From assembly GCA_949289345.1 (NCBI GenBank), contig CASENS010000035.1:5803-69802 (forward strand): a stretch of 64,000 nucleotides of DNA, read 5' to 3'. This DNA is from an uncultured Bacteroides sp. GTDB taxonomy: Bacteria; Bacteroidota; Bacteroidia; Bacteroidales; Bacteroidaceae. Made by a program: the position numbers and the translations under genes. Under the pieces are notes generated by a model. That model saw only the letters and a program-made list of their open reading frames with translations. It did no database searches and was not told where the DNA came from. Below are positions 1-10,551 of the stretch, piece after piece (position 1 is the stretch's first letter; each line of letters starts with the position of its first letter).

Positions 1-1146
1 GTTCACATACCACAGCGAATTTTCGGCAAAATAGGTCGGACGGATAACGGCTTGTCCGCGTCCGAAAGCCCGATTGAAGTCCATCGTCGCATCATAATTG
101 CCGTCATTCAACGCATAATTATTGACGGCTCTCACGTTATCAGGAGTCTTTATCTCATCGGCATTCCAACGGGGCACCATATTACGCATGGTACGGGTAC
201 GGATACCGGAGTCTGTTCCATAACGGTTGGGCATCACAAGAATAGCTTCCTTATTGGCGGCAATCGTCTTGTTTAAGCCTTGATGCAAATCCCAAATCAC
301 ATTTTCGGTAATATTCCAGGTTTGAGGATTGGGGTTGGAGAACGTTCCAAAATTGTCCTGCATCAACGCATACCCCGACTGGTCAATCAAAATATCGGCC
401 TGTTCTTTCGCTTTCTGGAAATCGCCGTTGGCCAGGTAACACTTGATGAGCAACTGGCGACACGCCCCTTTATTAATCATACCGATATACGTCATATTAT
501 TCTGATCGGGAACATGCTCTACCGCAAATTCCATATCCTGCACCAGTTTTTGAATGATGGCTTCACGCTTCGTACTCTTATAATCCTGTTTAGGCTGTTC
601 AATCAGTTTGGTGACAAAAGGCACGTCGCCAAACTGGAAACAAAGCGCCATATAGCGATAAGCCCGATGGAAATAAGCCCGTCCCAAGTATTCGTTCTTG
701 GTAGCCTCGTCCAGCCCTTCTACCCTGTCTATATAGCTGATGATAGTGTTGGCATACATAATCCCTTTATAAGTCTCTCCCCAGAAAATCACCAGACGGT
801 TCTGGTCAAAATTATACCAGCCATTGGTAGGAGTGAAACGCTCTGCAATGTCGCAAAATGCCTCCGCATCATCCGTCTTTCCGGCCACGGCCAAATCCGA
901 AAAAAGATACTCACTCATCAAAGGCAGCATTAGGTCAATGGCCTCCGTGTTTGTCCAGTAAGAACGCAGGTGCTTATCAGCGGCAGCCAGAACCGCATCC
1001 AGGCCATCTATCGTAGTGAATGTTTCGGTCGGCTCATAAAGAGACAGAGGATCCGGTTTCAGAAAATCATCCGTACAGCCCGCAAATGCCAAGGACACAC
1101 AGGCTGCGCCTATCCATAATTTGAATTTATATATCTGTTTTTTCAT
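1..1146 (-). CDS. SusD/RagB-family outer-membrane lipoprotein (C-terminus runs off the left edge)
   Basis: Absent from the ORF track because there is no stop in the window. The reverse complement from CAT at 1144-1146 reads MKKQIYKFKLWIGAACVSLAFAGCTDDFLKPDPLSLYEPTET, a lipoprotein signal plus Cys followed by a typical SusD N-terminus. An internal EYLGRAYFHRAYRYMAL stretch is also SusD-like. It starts 11 nt after the SusC stop on the same strand. Confidence 0.85.
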   Translation of the reverse strand, partial: MKKQIYKFKLWIGAACVSLAFAGCTDDFLKPDPLSLYEPTETFTTIDGLDAVLAAADKHLRSYWTNTEAIDLMLPLMSEYLFSDLAVAGKTDDAEAFCDIAERFTPTNGWYNFDQNRLVIFWGETYKGIMYANTIISYIDRVEGLDEATKNEYLGRAYFHRAYRYMALCFQFGDVPFVTKLIEQPKQDYKSTKREAIIQKLVQDMEFAVEHVPDQNNMTYIGMINKGACRQLLIKCYLANGDFQKAKEQADILIDQSGYALMQDNFGTFSNPNPQTWNITENVIWDLHQGLNKTIAANKEAILVMPNRYGTDSGIRTRTMRNMVPRWNADEIKTPDNVRAVNNYALNDGNYDATMDFNRAFGRGQAVIRPTYFAENSLWYVN

Positions 1147-1157
1147 AATTCGTTTTT

Positions 1158-4100
1158 TTAGAATGTTAAGTTGATACCCAAAGAATAAATTCTCGGAGCT
1201 ATATCGCCAGTCTCAGGGTCTCCGTATTCCCACTCCTTGCTCCAAGTAGCTACGTTACGTACAGTCGCAAATATCTTGGCACTCTGTATTTTGTATTTCG
1301 ACAAGAACTCTTCCGGCACGTTGTAGGCCACGGAAATGTTTTCCAAACGGATAAAAGAACGGTTGATGACCCGGCTCGGCGCGGTAACGCCCGTAGGACC
1401 TTGTGCCGAAAGACGGGCATACGTGTTCGAAGGATTGTCCACCGTCCAGTACTCCTTTTCGTACAAGTTCTGGCAGTTGGTAATTTGTGAGTAGTTGTTA
1501 TCGTTGTTCAGATAGTTGGCATCCAAGCTCTTGTGTCCCATGTAAGAATACAGGTTGAACGATACGTTCCAATTCTTGAAAAGAGTGAAACTGTTTCTCA
1601 TTGACCAATGAATGGGAGGCGTAGTCTCACCCAAGAACTGCTTATCATTATTATTATACACCGGCGAAGTGGTTCCGTCCGCGTTCACTCGGTCGTCAGC
1701 CGTATAGTGGTTGATGACTTTGGGGTCACCGGGCTTTTGTCCGTATTTGGCGGCTTCTTCCACTTCATCCACCTGCCAGATGCCGTCCACTTCATAGTCC
1801 CAAATGGCACCGATAGAGTGTCCGATAAACCATTGGTTCGTGATGTCATCACGTTCTTTGGTTATCACATTACCGGCAGCGTCCACGATGGTCTCGTATT
1901 CGCCATACAGCTCTTTAATTTCATTTTTGTTGAAAGAGAAAGAAAGAGAAGTGTCCCATTCAAAGTTCTCCGTCTCCATATTGCGTGTATTCACAGTCAG
2001 TTCGAAACCCTGGTTCAACACCCGTCCCAAGTTGGTCGTGATGGAACTAAATCCGGTAAAGTCAGGCAAGGACTGGCTCATAATCATGTCCGTAGTAGGC
2101 ATGTAGTAATATTCCAGGCTCGTATTGATGCGTCCTCGCAGAAAACTCAAATCCAAACCCACATTCCATGACGTAGTCTTCTCCCATTGCAAATGGGTGT
2201 TGGCCAGACGGTCTACAAAGAGGTATTTCATATCCATCAGCGCACCGGTAGCCGAATTGATGTATCCTTGCGAATATTGTCCCAAAGCCAGGTTGGCCAA
2301 CGCAATGTAGGAGTCCGCCAGACTGCGATTACCGTTCTGACCGAAAGAGACACGCAGTTTACCGCTGTCCAGTATGTTGTCCCACTTCCAGAAGTTCTCG
2401 TTGGTAAAGGTCCATGCCAAGGCACCGGAGAAGAAGTTGGCGAACGGATTGGTGGTACCGAAAGCGGAATATCCGTCACGGCGGAAAGAGAACGTACCCA
2501 TGTAGCGATCGTCATACGAATAGAACAAGCGGGCCAAGTAGCCGCAAGCCGTCTCGCGGGTATCCGTCGAACGGAAATTACTCAAACTCTTATCCGCATT
2601 GGCTGTTGCGTGGAAGCCTAACGCTTCGGAAGGCAAAATGTTCTTCGCCTCAATACGGTCCAACCAGGATTGGCGTTCTTCCGCTTCCTGCACCAATGTC
2701 AGGATGGTGTGATGCTTTTTGGCAAACGTGTAATCCCACGTAATCGTATTGTTCAAGGACCAGTCGAAACGGGAAGTCTGCTCACGGTTCACGCGTTCAT
2801 CCGTCTCAGCTTGCCAGTCAGGATGCTCCGAAGAACGATAATAGCGGTCATGGTAATACTGTAAACGAGGAGACACATTGAAAGCGTACGTGATGCCGAA
2901 CGGAAGGGTCAGCTTGGCGGTCAGGATGGAATTTATCACGGTAAATCCTCTGTCCAAGTCAAGGTACTGGCGGTCGAAATCATAGTTATATCCTTTCCAG
3001 TAGGCATTTTCACCCTGCGGATGCGCCACCAGTTCGCCTTCGTCATTGTATGGAGTGGCAAACGGGCTGTTCGAAGTTATCTGGTTATACCAATCGACCG
3101 CCAAATCGCCATCCGTACGGTTCTGGAAGTTGACATTGGCTCCTACGCTGAGCCAGTCGGTAACCTTGGTATCCAACTTCAAGTTAGAGCGCAACGAACT
3201 GTATTCATTGCCGCGCGTGATACCTTCGTTGGAAAGATACCCCAACGAGAAATAGTAATTGACACGGTCGGTCATACCGCTGACACTTACATTGTAGTCT
3301 TGGTTCAACCCGGTCTGGAAGGTATGGTCATACCAGTCGAACGTTTTCCCTCGAAGGAAGTTTTCCAGTGTCACCTCGCTGGCACTCAACCCGATACGGT
3401 TCGCCCATATTTCATCGGTGCTCATGCCCGCATCTTGGGTAGTCTGGTTCCGCCAAGCCTCTAAGGTCAGCCCGTATCGATTCAAGTTAGCCTCTGTCGG
3501 CCGGTCGTAATATCCGGCGGGACGTCCACCCGTCTGGTAGGCTTCGTAGTTCCCGGTCTGTGGATTGACCCCGTAGGTATCCGTCTTATAAAAGTCCGTA
3601 CGATAGTTCAAGTAGCCTTCCGGGTCATAAACCTTACGGCCTGCCCCCCGGGTAGACCAGCCTATGTTGGCACTGAAACTGATGACCGGTTTGTCCGACT
3701 TACCCTTTTTGGTTGTCACGATAACCACGCCATTAGCCGCTTTCGCTCCATAAACCGCTGCCGAGGAAGCGTCCTTCAGCACGTCTATCTGGGCGATGTC
3801 ATTGGGGTTGATTTCTGAAAGTTCGCCATAGAACATCATGCCGTCCAGGATAATCAGCGGGTCGTTGTGTCCTCCGTCCGTATACACGGAACGCTGGCCA
3901 CGGACACTCATGGAGCCGCCTCCTTTCGCCGAGCTGTCAAAACCTACGCTCAAACCTGCTGTTCCGCGCAACACATCCTGCACCGTTTTGGGAGCTTCGT
4001 TAGCCAAAGCGTCCGGTTTAATCTGAGCTACAGAACCGGTAAGGTCTTTCTTCCGTACGGAACCGTAACCAATTACGACCACTTCCTCCAGCATCTCATT

Positions 4101-4391
4101 ATCTTCCACCAATACGATGGTCAAATCCTTCGTTGCCGACAAAGGGATTTCCTGCGTCTTATAACCTATATAAGACACGACTAATGTTTCATCCGACGAA
4201 GCTTGAATGGAAAATTTGCCTTCAAAGTCCGTAATGGTTCCTCGTTGAGTACCTTTTACTTGAATGGTTACCCCAATCAACGGTTCATTTTTACTGTCCA
4301 GTACTTTGCCCGTCACTCCGTTCGACTGGGCATACCCGCTCATTACTCCTATCAAGAAGAAAGCGAGCCACATCAAAAGTTTGTGTTTCAT
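1158..4391 (-). CDS. SusC/RagA-family TonB-dependent outer-membrane transporter
   Basis: 1077 aa with a signal peptide. The N-terminus GKVLDSKNEPLIGVTIQVKGTQRGTITDFEGKFSI is a carboxypeptidase-regulatory-like domain, followed by a plug (VVVIGYGSVRKKDLTGSV). The C-terminus ends in F. It is paired with the downstream SusD. Confidence 0.95.
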   Translation of the reverse strand: MKHKLLMWLAFFLIGVMSGYAQSNGVTGKVLDSKNEPLIGVTIQVKGTQRGTITDFEGKFSIQASSDETLVVSYIGYKTQEIPLSATKDLTIVLVEDNEMLEEVVVIGYGSVRKKDLTGSVAQIKPDALANEAPKTVQDVLRGTAGLSVGFDSSAKGGGSMSVRGQRSVYTDGGHNDPLIILDGMMFYGELSEINPNDIAQIDVLKDASSAAVYGAKAANGVVIVTTKKGKSDKPVISFSANIGWSTRGAGRKVYDPEGYLNYRTDFYKTDTYGVNPQTGNYEAYQTGGRPAGYYDRPTEANLNRYGLTLEAWRNQTTQDAGMSTDEIWANRIGLSASEVTLENFLRGKTFDWYDHTFQTGLNQDYNVSVSGMTDRVNYYFSLGYLSNEGITRGNEYSSLRSNLKLDTKVTDWLSVGANVNFQNRTDGDLAVDWYNQITSNSPFATPYNDEGELVAHPQGENAYWKGYNYDFDRQYLDLDRGFTVINSILTAKLTLPFGITYAFNVSPRLQYYHDRYYRSSEHPDWQAETDERVNREQTSRFDWSLNNTITWDYTFAKKHHTILTLVQEAEERQSWLDRIEAKNILPSEALGFHATANADKSLSNFRSTDTRETACGYLARLFYSYDDRYMGTFSFRRDGYSAFGTTNPFANFFSGALAWTFTNENFWKWDNILDSGKLRVSFGQNGNRSLADSYIALANLALGQYSQGYINSATGALMDMKYLFVDRLANTHLQWEKTTSWNVGLDLSFLRGRINTSLEYYYMPTTDMIMSQSLPDFTGFSSITTNLGRVLNQGFELTVNTRNMETENFEWDTSLSFSFNKNEIKELYGEYETIVDAAGNVITKERDDITNQWFIGHSIGAIWDYEVDGIWQVDEVEEAAKYGQKPGDPKVINHYTADDRVNADGTTSPVYNNNDKQFLGETTPPIHWSMRNSFTLFKNWNVSFNLYSYMGHKSLDANYLNNDNNYSQITNCQNLYEKEYWTVDNPSNTYARLSAQGPTGVTAPSRVINRSFIRLENISVAYNVPEEFLSKYKIQSAKIFATVRNVATWSKEWEYGDPETGDIAPRIYSLGINLTF

Positions 4392-4426
4392 GTCATTAAA
4401 TTTATTAAAATTATCAAGAATTTGCG

Positions 4427-4434
4427 CAAAAGTA
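4427..4434 (-). promoter_or_regulatory. Bacteroidetes -7 box (TAnnTTTG) for the SusC at 1158..4391
   Basis: Plus strand caaaagta equals minus strand TACTTTTG, 36 nt upstream of the ATG at 4391. It overlaps the perfect 10-bp palindrome tttgcgcaaa at 4421-4430. Confidence 0.45.
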
Positions 4435-4646
4435 GAAGATATTGCCTGTCAGCATACCAAAAATACACTCAAACAAGGGATAAAATCGGCTCACTCCATT
4501 TTTTACCCCATCATTGAACCAAAACTGGCACACCACCCAGACCCCTTCAAGCTAATTTAGCACGCAGTTTCGACTATGTCCGAATCACCAGACCACCAAT
4601 TGCCAGACAAAAGAGAACAATCTTTGATTATTTAAAGAAGTATTTT

Positions 4647-4654
4647 TATCTTTG
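4647..4654 (+). promoter_or_regulatory. Bacteroidetes -7 box (TAnnTTTG) for HTCS 1
   Basis: TATCTTTG lies 20 nt upstream of the ATG at 4674. Confidence 0.5.
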
Positions 4655-4673
4655 TGGCATTCAATACACAGCT

Positions 4674-7600
4674 ATGAACATAAAAACACTCATTTTACCC
4701 ATCCTCCTGTTCAGTCTGCTAAGTCTGCCATTCGGGAAGCCGGTTCATGCCCATCAAATCATCGTCAATCCCATGCCCTTTTTGGACGATTTGTCTACCA
4801 ACTCCATTTTTACCATGTATCAGGACAGTCAAGGTTTCATCTGGATAGGTACTGCCTACGGACTGGAACGCTATGACGGCTATGACATCCAACCCTTCAT
4901 CAGCAACTATAAGCATCCTCACATACTGACCCATAACGATGTCCGATGCTTTACCGAAGACAATCATTACTTATGGGTAGGTACACTTCGCGGCATAACC
5001 TTAATCCATAAAAGCACCTATCAAAGCACCTCCTTCCCGGATTCCGTTCTACAGGATAAAGAAATAATAGACCTTATCCGTGACCGGAAAGGAAGCATTT
5101 GGGCAACCGCCGACCAGTCCGTATATCAATGTGATGCCCGCTATGGCGTTCTGAAAGAATATATGCTGGAGAGCCATGCGAACTACTTCTGCCAAGACCG
5201 GGACGGCACTTTATGGCTTTTGACACAAAACGGCGGAGTTCTGAAATATAACCCCAAGGACGATACTTTCGCAGAGCATGCACAAATGAGTAACTGCAAT
5301 CCCTACCGCATGATGCAAGATAAGCAAGGCCGGTATTGGATTGTCACGTGGGGGGATGGCATCTGGCGGTTCGACCCCACTGCAACGGATGAAGCACACA
5401 TGTTTCATCGTCAGCCCGTCACCAATCCCGTCCGCCATTTTCCGGAAGAAGTCTTTTATGACATAGCACAAGACGACACCTATGGTTATATATGGGCACT
5501 CTCCCACTTCCGGCTTTATGTATTCCGGGTAAACGAACGGCAGGAATTGGAGGAAGTAGACATCAATATGGCTCCTAACATCAATCGCCCCATAGACCAG
5601 TCCAAAACGTACAGCCGAATCCTCAAGGACAAGGCCGGCAATCTGTGGTTGGGAGCTTATGACCAAAGCTATACCATCACCTTCGAGCAGGCAGAAATTG
5701 AAAACCATACGATGACAAACATGAAAAAGCAATTGGGTGTGGACGCCAACATTCTCTATTTCCACAAAGATGCCCAAGGAGTCATCTGGTGCGACCAATC
5801 ACGCTACGGTCTCTGCCTCTTTGACGAGCGAAACGAAAAGACCACCTACGGCAACAATACCAATGCCGTATACTCCATCGTAATCGGGGCGATTGTTCCA
5901 TCCCGGAAAGAAGATGCCATGTGGATAGCCGGGCGGGAGCACCTTTCCACCCGAATATGGAAGATGAAACAGGAGCAAATGCGGATTTCCGTTTTAGAAG
6001 AGTTTGATTTAAAAGAAACCGCCGACTCGCCGGGTACCATAGTCCAGCTCGTAGAGGATGACAGCGGAAATCTCTGGATTGGCACTTCAACCCACCTGTT
6101 TTTCAAACCGAAAGATGCCTCCAACATCGAACGGCTTCCTTTCGAATTGTCCCAAATTACAGATATGTCCCAAGACAACGCAGGCAACGTTTGGGTGTGC
6201 TGTAAGGAAGGTATCTGTCAATTGAGCTATAAAGGCAAGCCCACCCTCGTTGAACAATATACCCCTGAATTCCTTTCATTACACACAGATGCCATCAAAA
6301 AAATAAGCGCTACTTCGCACAGCGTTTGGTTCTCCACGGTGTTGGGAAGGCTGTTCAAGCTGGACGTCCGTAAACAGCAAATAACGGAACAGACCGACAG
6401 TTGCGGACTGCAAGGAGACAACATTTTACGACTGTTGACCCATAAAGACAATCTTTGGATTGTCGGTGACAAATACATCATACGCCACACGCCCGATGGA
6501 AATAACACTTATTCCACCAACGATGCCAATATTTTCACGACCTCATTCCGCCTCAACGCCTCCTTTGTTGACGAAGAAGGCTGTCTATACGCCGGAGGAC
6601 ATAACGGCTTCATCAAAATACAGCCACGCAACAGGGATAGAAAGAAATATCCGTCCGGACAAGTCTTTATAACCGACATCAAGTCCGACAACCGCTCCGT
6701 TCTCTTTTCCCCCATAGGACGAGAGAAGGGCAATTCCGTCCACCAAGTCACGCTTCTTCCAGATGCACGAAACATCGAATTCCGTTTTTCCGCCCTCTCC
6801 TATACAGACAGCCGGAAAATCAAGTATGCCTATCGGTTAGAAGGGGAAGACAAACAATGGACCTACATAAAGAACGGCGCTCACACAGCATTCTACAACA
6901 ATTTAGATAAAGGAGTCTACACGCTGCAAGTCAAAATGACCGACCCTTATGGCAACTGGATGCCCGAACAGTGCACCCTTAGCGTACACCGGCTTCCAGC
7001 TTGGTACGAAACCTGGTACGCCAACTTGACGTACATTCTCCTTTCCGTTTTCCTCGTTTACCTTTTGTTCCATGCCTATGCCCGCCATCTGGCACGGAAA
7101 AACAAGCTGAAGTTACAAGAAGAACTCATTCAAATCAAACTTAATTACTTCACCAACATTTCTCACGAACTCCTTACGCCACTCACCCTCATCTCTTGTG
7201 TAGCCGACGACATGGAAGAGAACAAAGAAAGCACGGACAGAATGGTAGAGATTTTACGTGCCAACACCAACAGGCTGAAACGGCTGTTGCAACAGATTCT
7301 GGATTTCAGGAAAGTGGAAAGCGGAAAAATGGAACTGAACATAAGCCATAGCAACCTCTCCTCCTTTATTTGCAGTATCATAGCTTCCAATTTCCAACCA
7401 TTGGCCCACAAAAAAGGCATTCGCCTCCTGACTCATGTGGAAGATAACATCTGGGGATATATGGATATGGACAAACTCGACAAGATTTTATTCAACCTGC
7501 TTTCCAACGCCATCAAATATACGCCGGAACACCGAAACGTCGAAGTGACCGCAACTACCGCATACAAGGACGGCTGGCGTTTCCTGGTGCTTCAAGTAAA

Positions 7601-8672
7601 AGATGAAGGTATAGGAATTGCCGAAAAAGATATCCAGCACATTTTCACCAAATTCTATAATCACCGGAACCATACGGGAGCCGAATCCAACGGAATCGGC
7701 CTGTCACTCACCAAGGAACTGATTACCCTTCACCATGGAAGCATTGAGGTAAGCAGCGAACTGGGCAAAGGTTCTCTCTTCACGGTAAAAATACCGATAG
7801 ATAAAGAAATCTATAAGGAAGAAGAACTTACGACTGTTTCCCCTGCACCATCCGAAGCAAACCCCAAGGATACCAGTCTGCCCGCACCCCAGAACTTGCC
7901 ATGCATTCTGTTTATTGACGATAACGAAGAACTATGCGGACTCATCCGGCATATCTTCCATAAGAAATATCAAATAGTTACGGCTCAGAGTGCTGCGGAA
8001 GGTTTCGAACGGCTTGAGGACAATGCGGTAGACATCATCATCTGTGATGTAATGATGCCGCAAATGAACGGATTGGAATTTTGCCGACAAATCAAAGGAG
8101 ACGTACAAACCAATCATATCCCCATCATCATGCTGACAGCGAAGAACACAACGGACGACCAAATTGAATGCTATAAGGCCGGCGCTGAAAGCTACATAGC
8201 GAAACCTTTCGAGATGAAAGTGTTGCAGGCACGCATCAGCAACCTGCTGCAAAAGCAAGAGCTTTGCCAAAAAAGTTTCCGCTCCCGGATGGAGATAAAC
8301 ATCTCGAATATAGACTACCAAAGCTATGACGAGAAGTTCCTGACCGATGCGATGCAATGTGTAGAAAGACATATTCAGAATCCGGATTTCGATCTGGAAC
8401 TAATGGCAAGTGAGCTACACATATCCCGCTCCACCTTAACCCGGAAATGCAGAGTCATTGCCGGATGCACCCCCTTGGAATTTATCCGAAACATTAAACT
8501 GAAATACGCTTGCGCCCTATTGACTAAAGACAAAGCGGGGAATATCTCTGAAGTAGCGTACGCTACCGGTTTCTCGTCAGCTAAATATTTCACCAAATGT
8601 TTCAAGGAAGAGTTTGGCATAACCCCGACAGAATATCAGAACCGACAAGCCACAACGGAAGGAAACAATTAA
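4674..8672 (+). CDS. Hybrid two-component system sensor kinase/response regulator with AraC-type HTH (HTCS)
   Basis: 1332 aa. Signal/TM segment, then a long periplasmic propeller-like region with recurring xxGxxWIGT motifs, then a TM segment. HisKA H-box FTNISHELLTPLTLI, ATPase GIGLSLTKELITLHHGSI, receiver ILFIDDNEELCGL...IICDVMMPQMNG...MLTAK, and AraC HTH GFSSAKYFTKCFKEEFGITPTEY. It is divergent from a SusC/D pair. Confidence 0.95.
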   Translation: MNIKTLILPILLFSLLSLPFGKPVHAHQIIVNPMPFLDDLSTNSIFTMYQDSQGFIWIGTAYGLERYDGYDIQPFISNYKHPHILTHNDVRCFTEDNHYLWVGTLRGITLIHKSTYQSTSFPDSVLQDKEIIDLIRDRKGSIWATADQSVYQCDARYGVLKEYMLESHANYFCQDRDGTLWLLTQNGGVLKYNPKDDTFAEHAQMSNCNPYRMMQDKQGRYWIVTWGDGIWRFDPTATDEAHMFHRQPVTNPVRHFPEEVFYDIAQDDTYGYIWALSHFRLYVFRVNERQELEEVDINMAPNINRPIDQSKTYSRILKDKAGNLWLGAYDQSYTITFEQAEIENHTMTNMKKQLGVDANILYFHKDAQGVIWCDQSRYGLCLFDERNEKTTYGNNTNAVYSIVIGAIVPSRKEDAMWIAGREHLSTRIWKMKQEQMRISVLEEFDLKETADSPGTIVQLVEDDSGNLWIGTSTHLFFKPKDASNIERLPFELSQITDMSQDNAGNVWVCCKEGICQLSYKGKPTLVEQYTPEFLSLHTDAIKKISATSHSVWFSTVLGRLFKLDVRKQQITEQTDSCGLQGDNILRLLTHKDNLWIVGDKYIIRHTPDGNNTYSTNDANIFTTSFRLNASFVDEEGCLYAGGHNGFIKIQPRNRDRKKYPSGQVFITDIKSDNRSVLFSPIGREKGNSVHQVTLLPDARNIEFRFSALSYTDSRKIKYAYRLEGEDKQWTYIKNGAHTAFYNNLDKGVYTLQVKMTDPYGNWMPEQCTLSVHRLPAWYETWYANLTYILLSVFLVYLLFHAYARHLARKNKLKLQEELIQIKLNYFTNISHELLTPLTLISCVADDMEENKESTDRMVEILRANTNRLKRLLQQILDFRKVESGKMELNISHSNLSSFICSIIASNFQPLAHKKGIRLLTHVEDNIWGYMDMDKLDKILFNLLSNAIKYTPEHRNVEVTATTAYKDGWRFLVLQVKDEGIGIAEKDIQHIFTKFYNHRNHTGAESNGIGLSLTKELITLHHGSIEVSSELGKGSLFTVKIPIDKEIYKEEELTTVSPAPSEANPKDTSLPAPQNLPCILFIDDNEELCGLIRHIFHKKYQIVTAQSAAEGFERLEDNAVDIIICDVMMPQMNGLEFCRQIKGDVQTNHIPIIMLTAKNTTDDQIECYKAGAESYIAKPFEMKVLQARISNLLQKQELCQKSFRSRMEINISNIDYQSYDEKFLTDAMQCVERHIQNPDFDLELMASELHISRSTLTRKCRVIAGCTPLEFIRNIKLKYACALLTKDKAGNISEVAYATGFSSAKYFTKCFKEEFGITPTEYQNRQATTEGNN

Positions 8673-8700
8673 CTTATACACCATATTATATATATTAATT

Positions 8701-10476
8701 ATGAACGACATCATTAGAAACCGAATTCAAGCCTTCCGTACCTGGATGACCCAAGCCGAAGTAAAGGCATTCATCATCCCCAGTACGGATCCCCATCTGA
8801 GCGAATATGTAGCCCCGCATTGGCAAAGCCGCGAATGGATATCCGGATTCACCGGCTCGGCAGGCACCATCGTCATCACGCCAACGCAAGCCGGCCTATG
8901 GACCGACTCCCGCTATTTCCTGCAAGCCGCGCAACAACTGGAAGGAACAGGCATTGACTTGTACAAGGAAATGTTGCCCGAAACGCCTTCCATCCCGGCC
9001 TTCCTGTGCAACCACCTTCAAGCCGGAGACACGGTAGGTATCGACGGGACTGTCTTCTCTGTACAAGAAGCCCGTCGGTTGGAACAAACATTAGCCACCC
9101 ATCAGATTAAACTGAAATCCATCGACCCGATGGAACAGTTATGGAAAGACCGGCCTCCTTTGCCCCAAGCGCCTGCTTACCTTTACGACAGGAAATACGC
9201 CGGACGTACTTGTGCCGAGAAACTGGAAGCGCTACGGGCGGAAATGAGGAAACAAGGGGCAGACAGCTTATTGCTTTCCGCCCTCGACGAAATTGCCTGG
9301 ACGTTAAACCTGCGTGGGAGCGATGTGCATTGCAACCCGGTAGTGGTGAGCTACCTGGTCATTGACAGTCAGCAGGCCCATTACTTCATCGCGCCTCAAA
9401 AACTGACACCGGAAGTAGCCGGATACCTGAAAGCGAACGACGTCATCTGCCATCCTTACGAGAGCCTCAACGAGTACCTGTCCCAAATGACCGGACATCT
9501 GCTATTGGCACCGGAAAAGACGAACTATTCCGCTTACCAGGCAGCCGCTCGTTCATGTCACCTCATCGAAGGTCCCTCGCCTGCCACCCTGCTGAAAGCC
9601 ATCCGCAACGAACAGGAGATTGCCGGACTTCATGCCGCCATGCAACGCGACGGTGTCGCCTTGGTGAGATTCCTCCGATGGCTGGAGAAAGCCGTACCCG
9701 CCGGCGGTGAAACCGAAATCAGCATCGACCGGAAACTGCACGAACTACGCGCTGCCCAACCTTTTTATATAGGAGAAAGCTTCGACACTATTGCCGGATA
9801 CGGTCCTCATGCGGCTATCGTCCATTACGAAGCGACTCCCGAAACAGATGTTCCCCTGCAACCGCGCGGCTTTCTGTTGCTTGACTCAGGAGCCCAATAT
9901 CTGGACGGCACTACGGACATCACCCGCACCATCGCCTTAGGTCCTTTAACCGAAGAAGAAAAGACCGACTATACGTTAATTTTGAAAGGACACATCAACC
10001 TGGCCATGGCCGTATTCCCCGAAGGGACACGCGGCACCCAGCTTGATGTCTTGGCCCGTATGCCTATCTGGAAGCAGCACATGAACTTCCTGCATGGCAC
10101 CGGGCATGGCGTAGGACACTTCCTCAACGTACACGAAGGCCCGCAAAGCATCCGCATGAACGAAAATCCCGTGCCTTTACAGGTGGGCATGCTCACCAGC
10201 AACGAGCCGGGTGTCTACAAAGCCGGCAGTCATGGCATCCGTACGGAGAACCTCCTACTCACCGTCCCGGCCGGAGAAGGCATGTTCGGCCGTTACCTGA
10301 AGTTCGAGACCGTCACCCTCTGCCCCATCGACACGAAAGGCATCCTTCGTGAGATGTTGACCCAAGAAGAGGCAGACTGGCTGAACAGCTACCACCGGAA
10401 CGTGTACGAAAAACTTTCGCCCGCACTCGACGAAGATGAACGTCACTGGCTGGAGCAAGCATGCAAAGAGATTTAA
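8701..10476 (+). CDS. pepP: Xaa-Pro aminopeptidase (M24B, aminopeptidase P family)
   Basis: 591 aa with a creatinase-like N-terminal region. The M24 metal-binding core reads LLLDSGAQYLDGTTDITRT ... HGTGHGVGHFLNVHEGP ... SNEPGVY. Confidence 0.85.
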   Translation: MNDIIRNRIQAFRTWMTQAEVKAFIIPSTDPHLSEYVAPHWQSREWISGFTGSAGTIVITPTQAGLWTDSRYFLQAAQQLEGTGIDLYKEMLPETPSIPAFLCNHLQAGDTVGIDGTVFSVQEARRLEQTLATHQIKLKSIDPMEQLWKDRPPLPQAPAYLYDRKYAGRTCAEKLEALRAEMRKQGADSLLLSALDEIAWTLNLRGSDVHCNPVVVSYLVIDSQQAHYFIAPQKLTPEVAGYLKANDVICHPYESLNEYLSQMTGHLLLAPEKTNYSAYQAAARSCHLIEGPSPATLLKAIRNEQEIAGLHAAMQRDGVALVRFLRWLEKAVPAGGETEISIDRKLHELRAAQPFYIGESFDTIAGYGPHAAIVHYEATPETDVPLQPRGFLLLDSGAQYLDGTTDITRTIALGPLTEEEKTDYTLILKGHINLAMAVFPEGTRGTQLDVLARMPIWKQHMNFLHGTGHGVGHFLNVHEGPQSIRMNENPVPLQVGMLTSNEPGVYKAGSHGIRTENLLLTVPAGEGMFGRYLKFETVTLCPIDTKGILREMLTQEEADWLNSYHRNVYEKLSPALDEDERHWLEQACKEI

Positions 10477-10497
10477 AATGACAAATACCAAATCGCC

Positions 10498-10545
10498 AAA
10501 TAGTAAATCGTAAATTGCTAAATAGTAAATTGTTAAATAGTAAAT
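10498..10545. repeat. Short AT-rich array with three exact copies of AAATAGTAAAT
   Basis: Exact copies at 10498-10508, 10520-10530 and 10535-10545, plus the variant aaatcgtaaat at 10505-10515. The array fills most of the 75-bp gap between pepP and the next gene. Confidence 0.7.
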
Positions 10546-10551
10546 GACCCC

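Noticed and set aside
280-933. 217-aa plus-strand ORF (and the ORF at 52..276)
   Set aside because: It lies antisense to a continuous SusD-like reading frame whose product has a clear lipoprotein signal and SusD motifs. The plus-strand product is low-complexity and rich in I/L/R.
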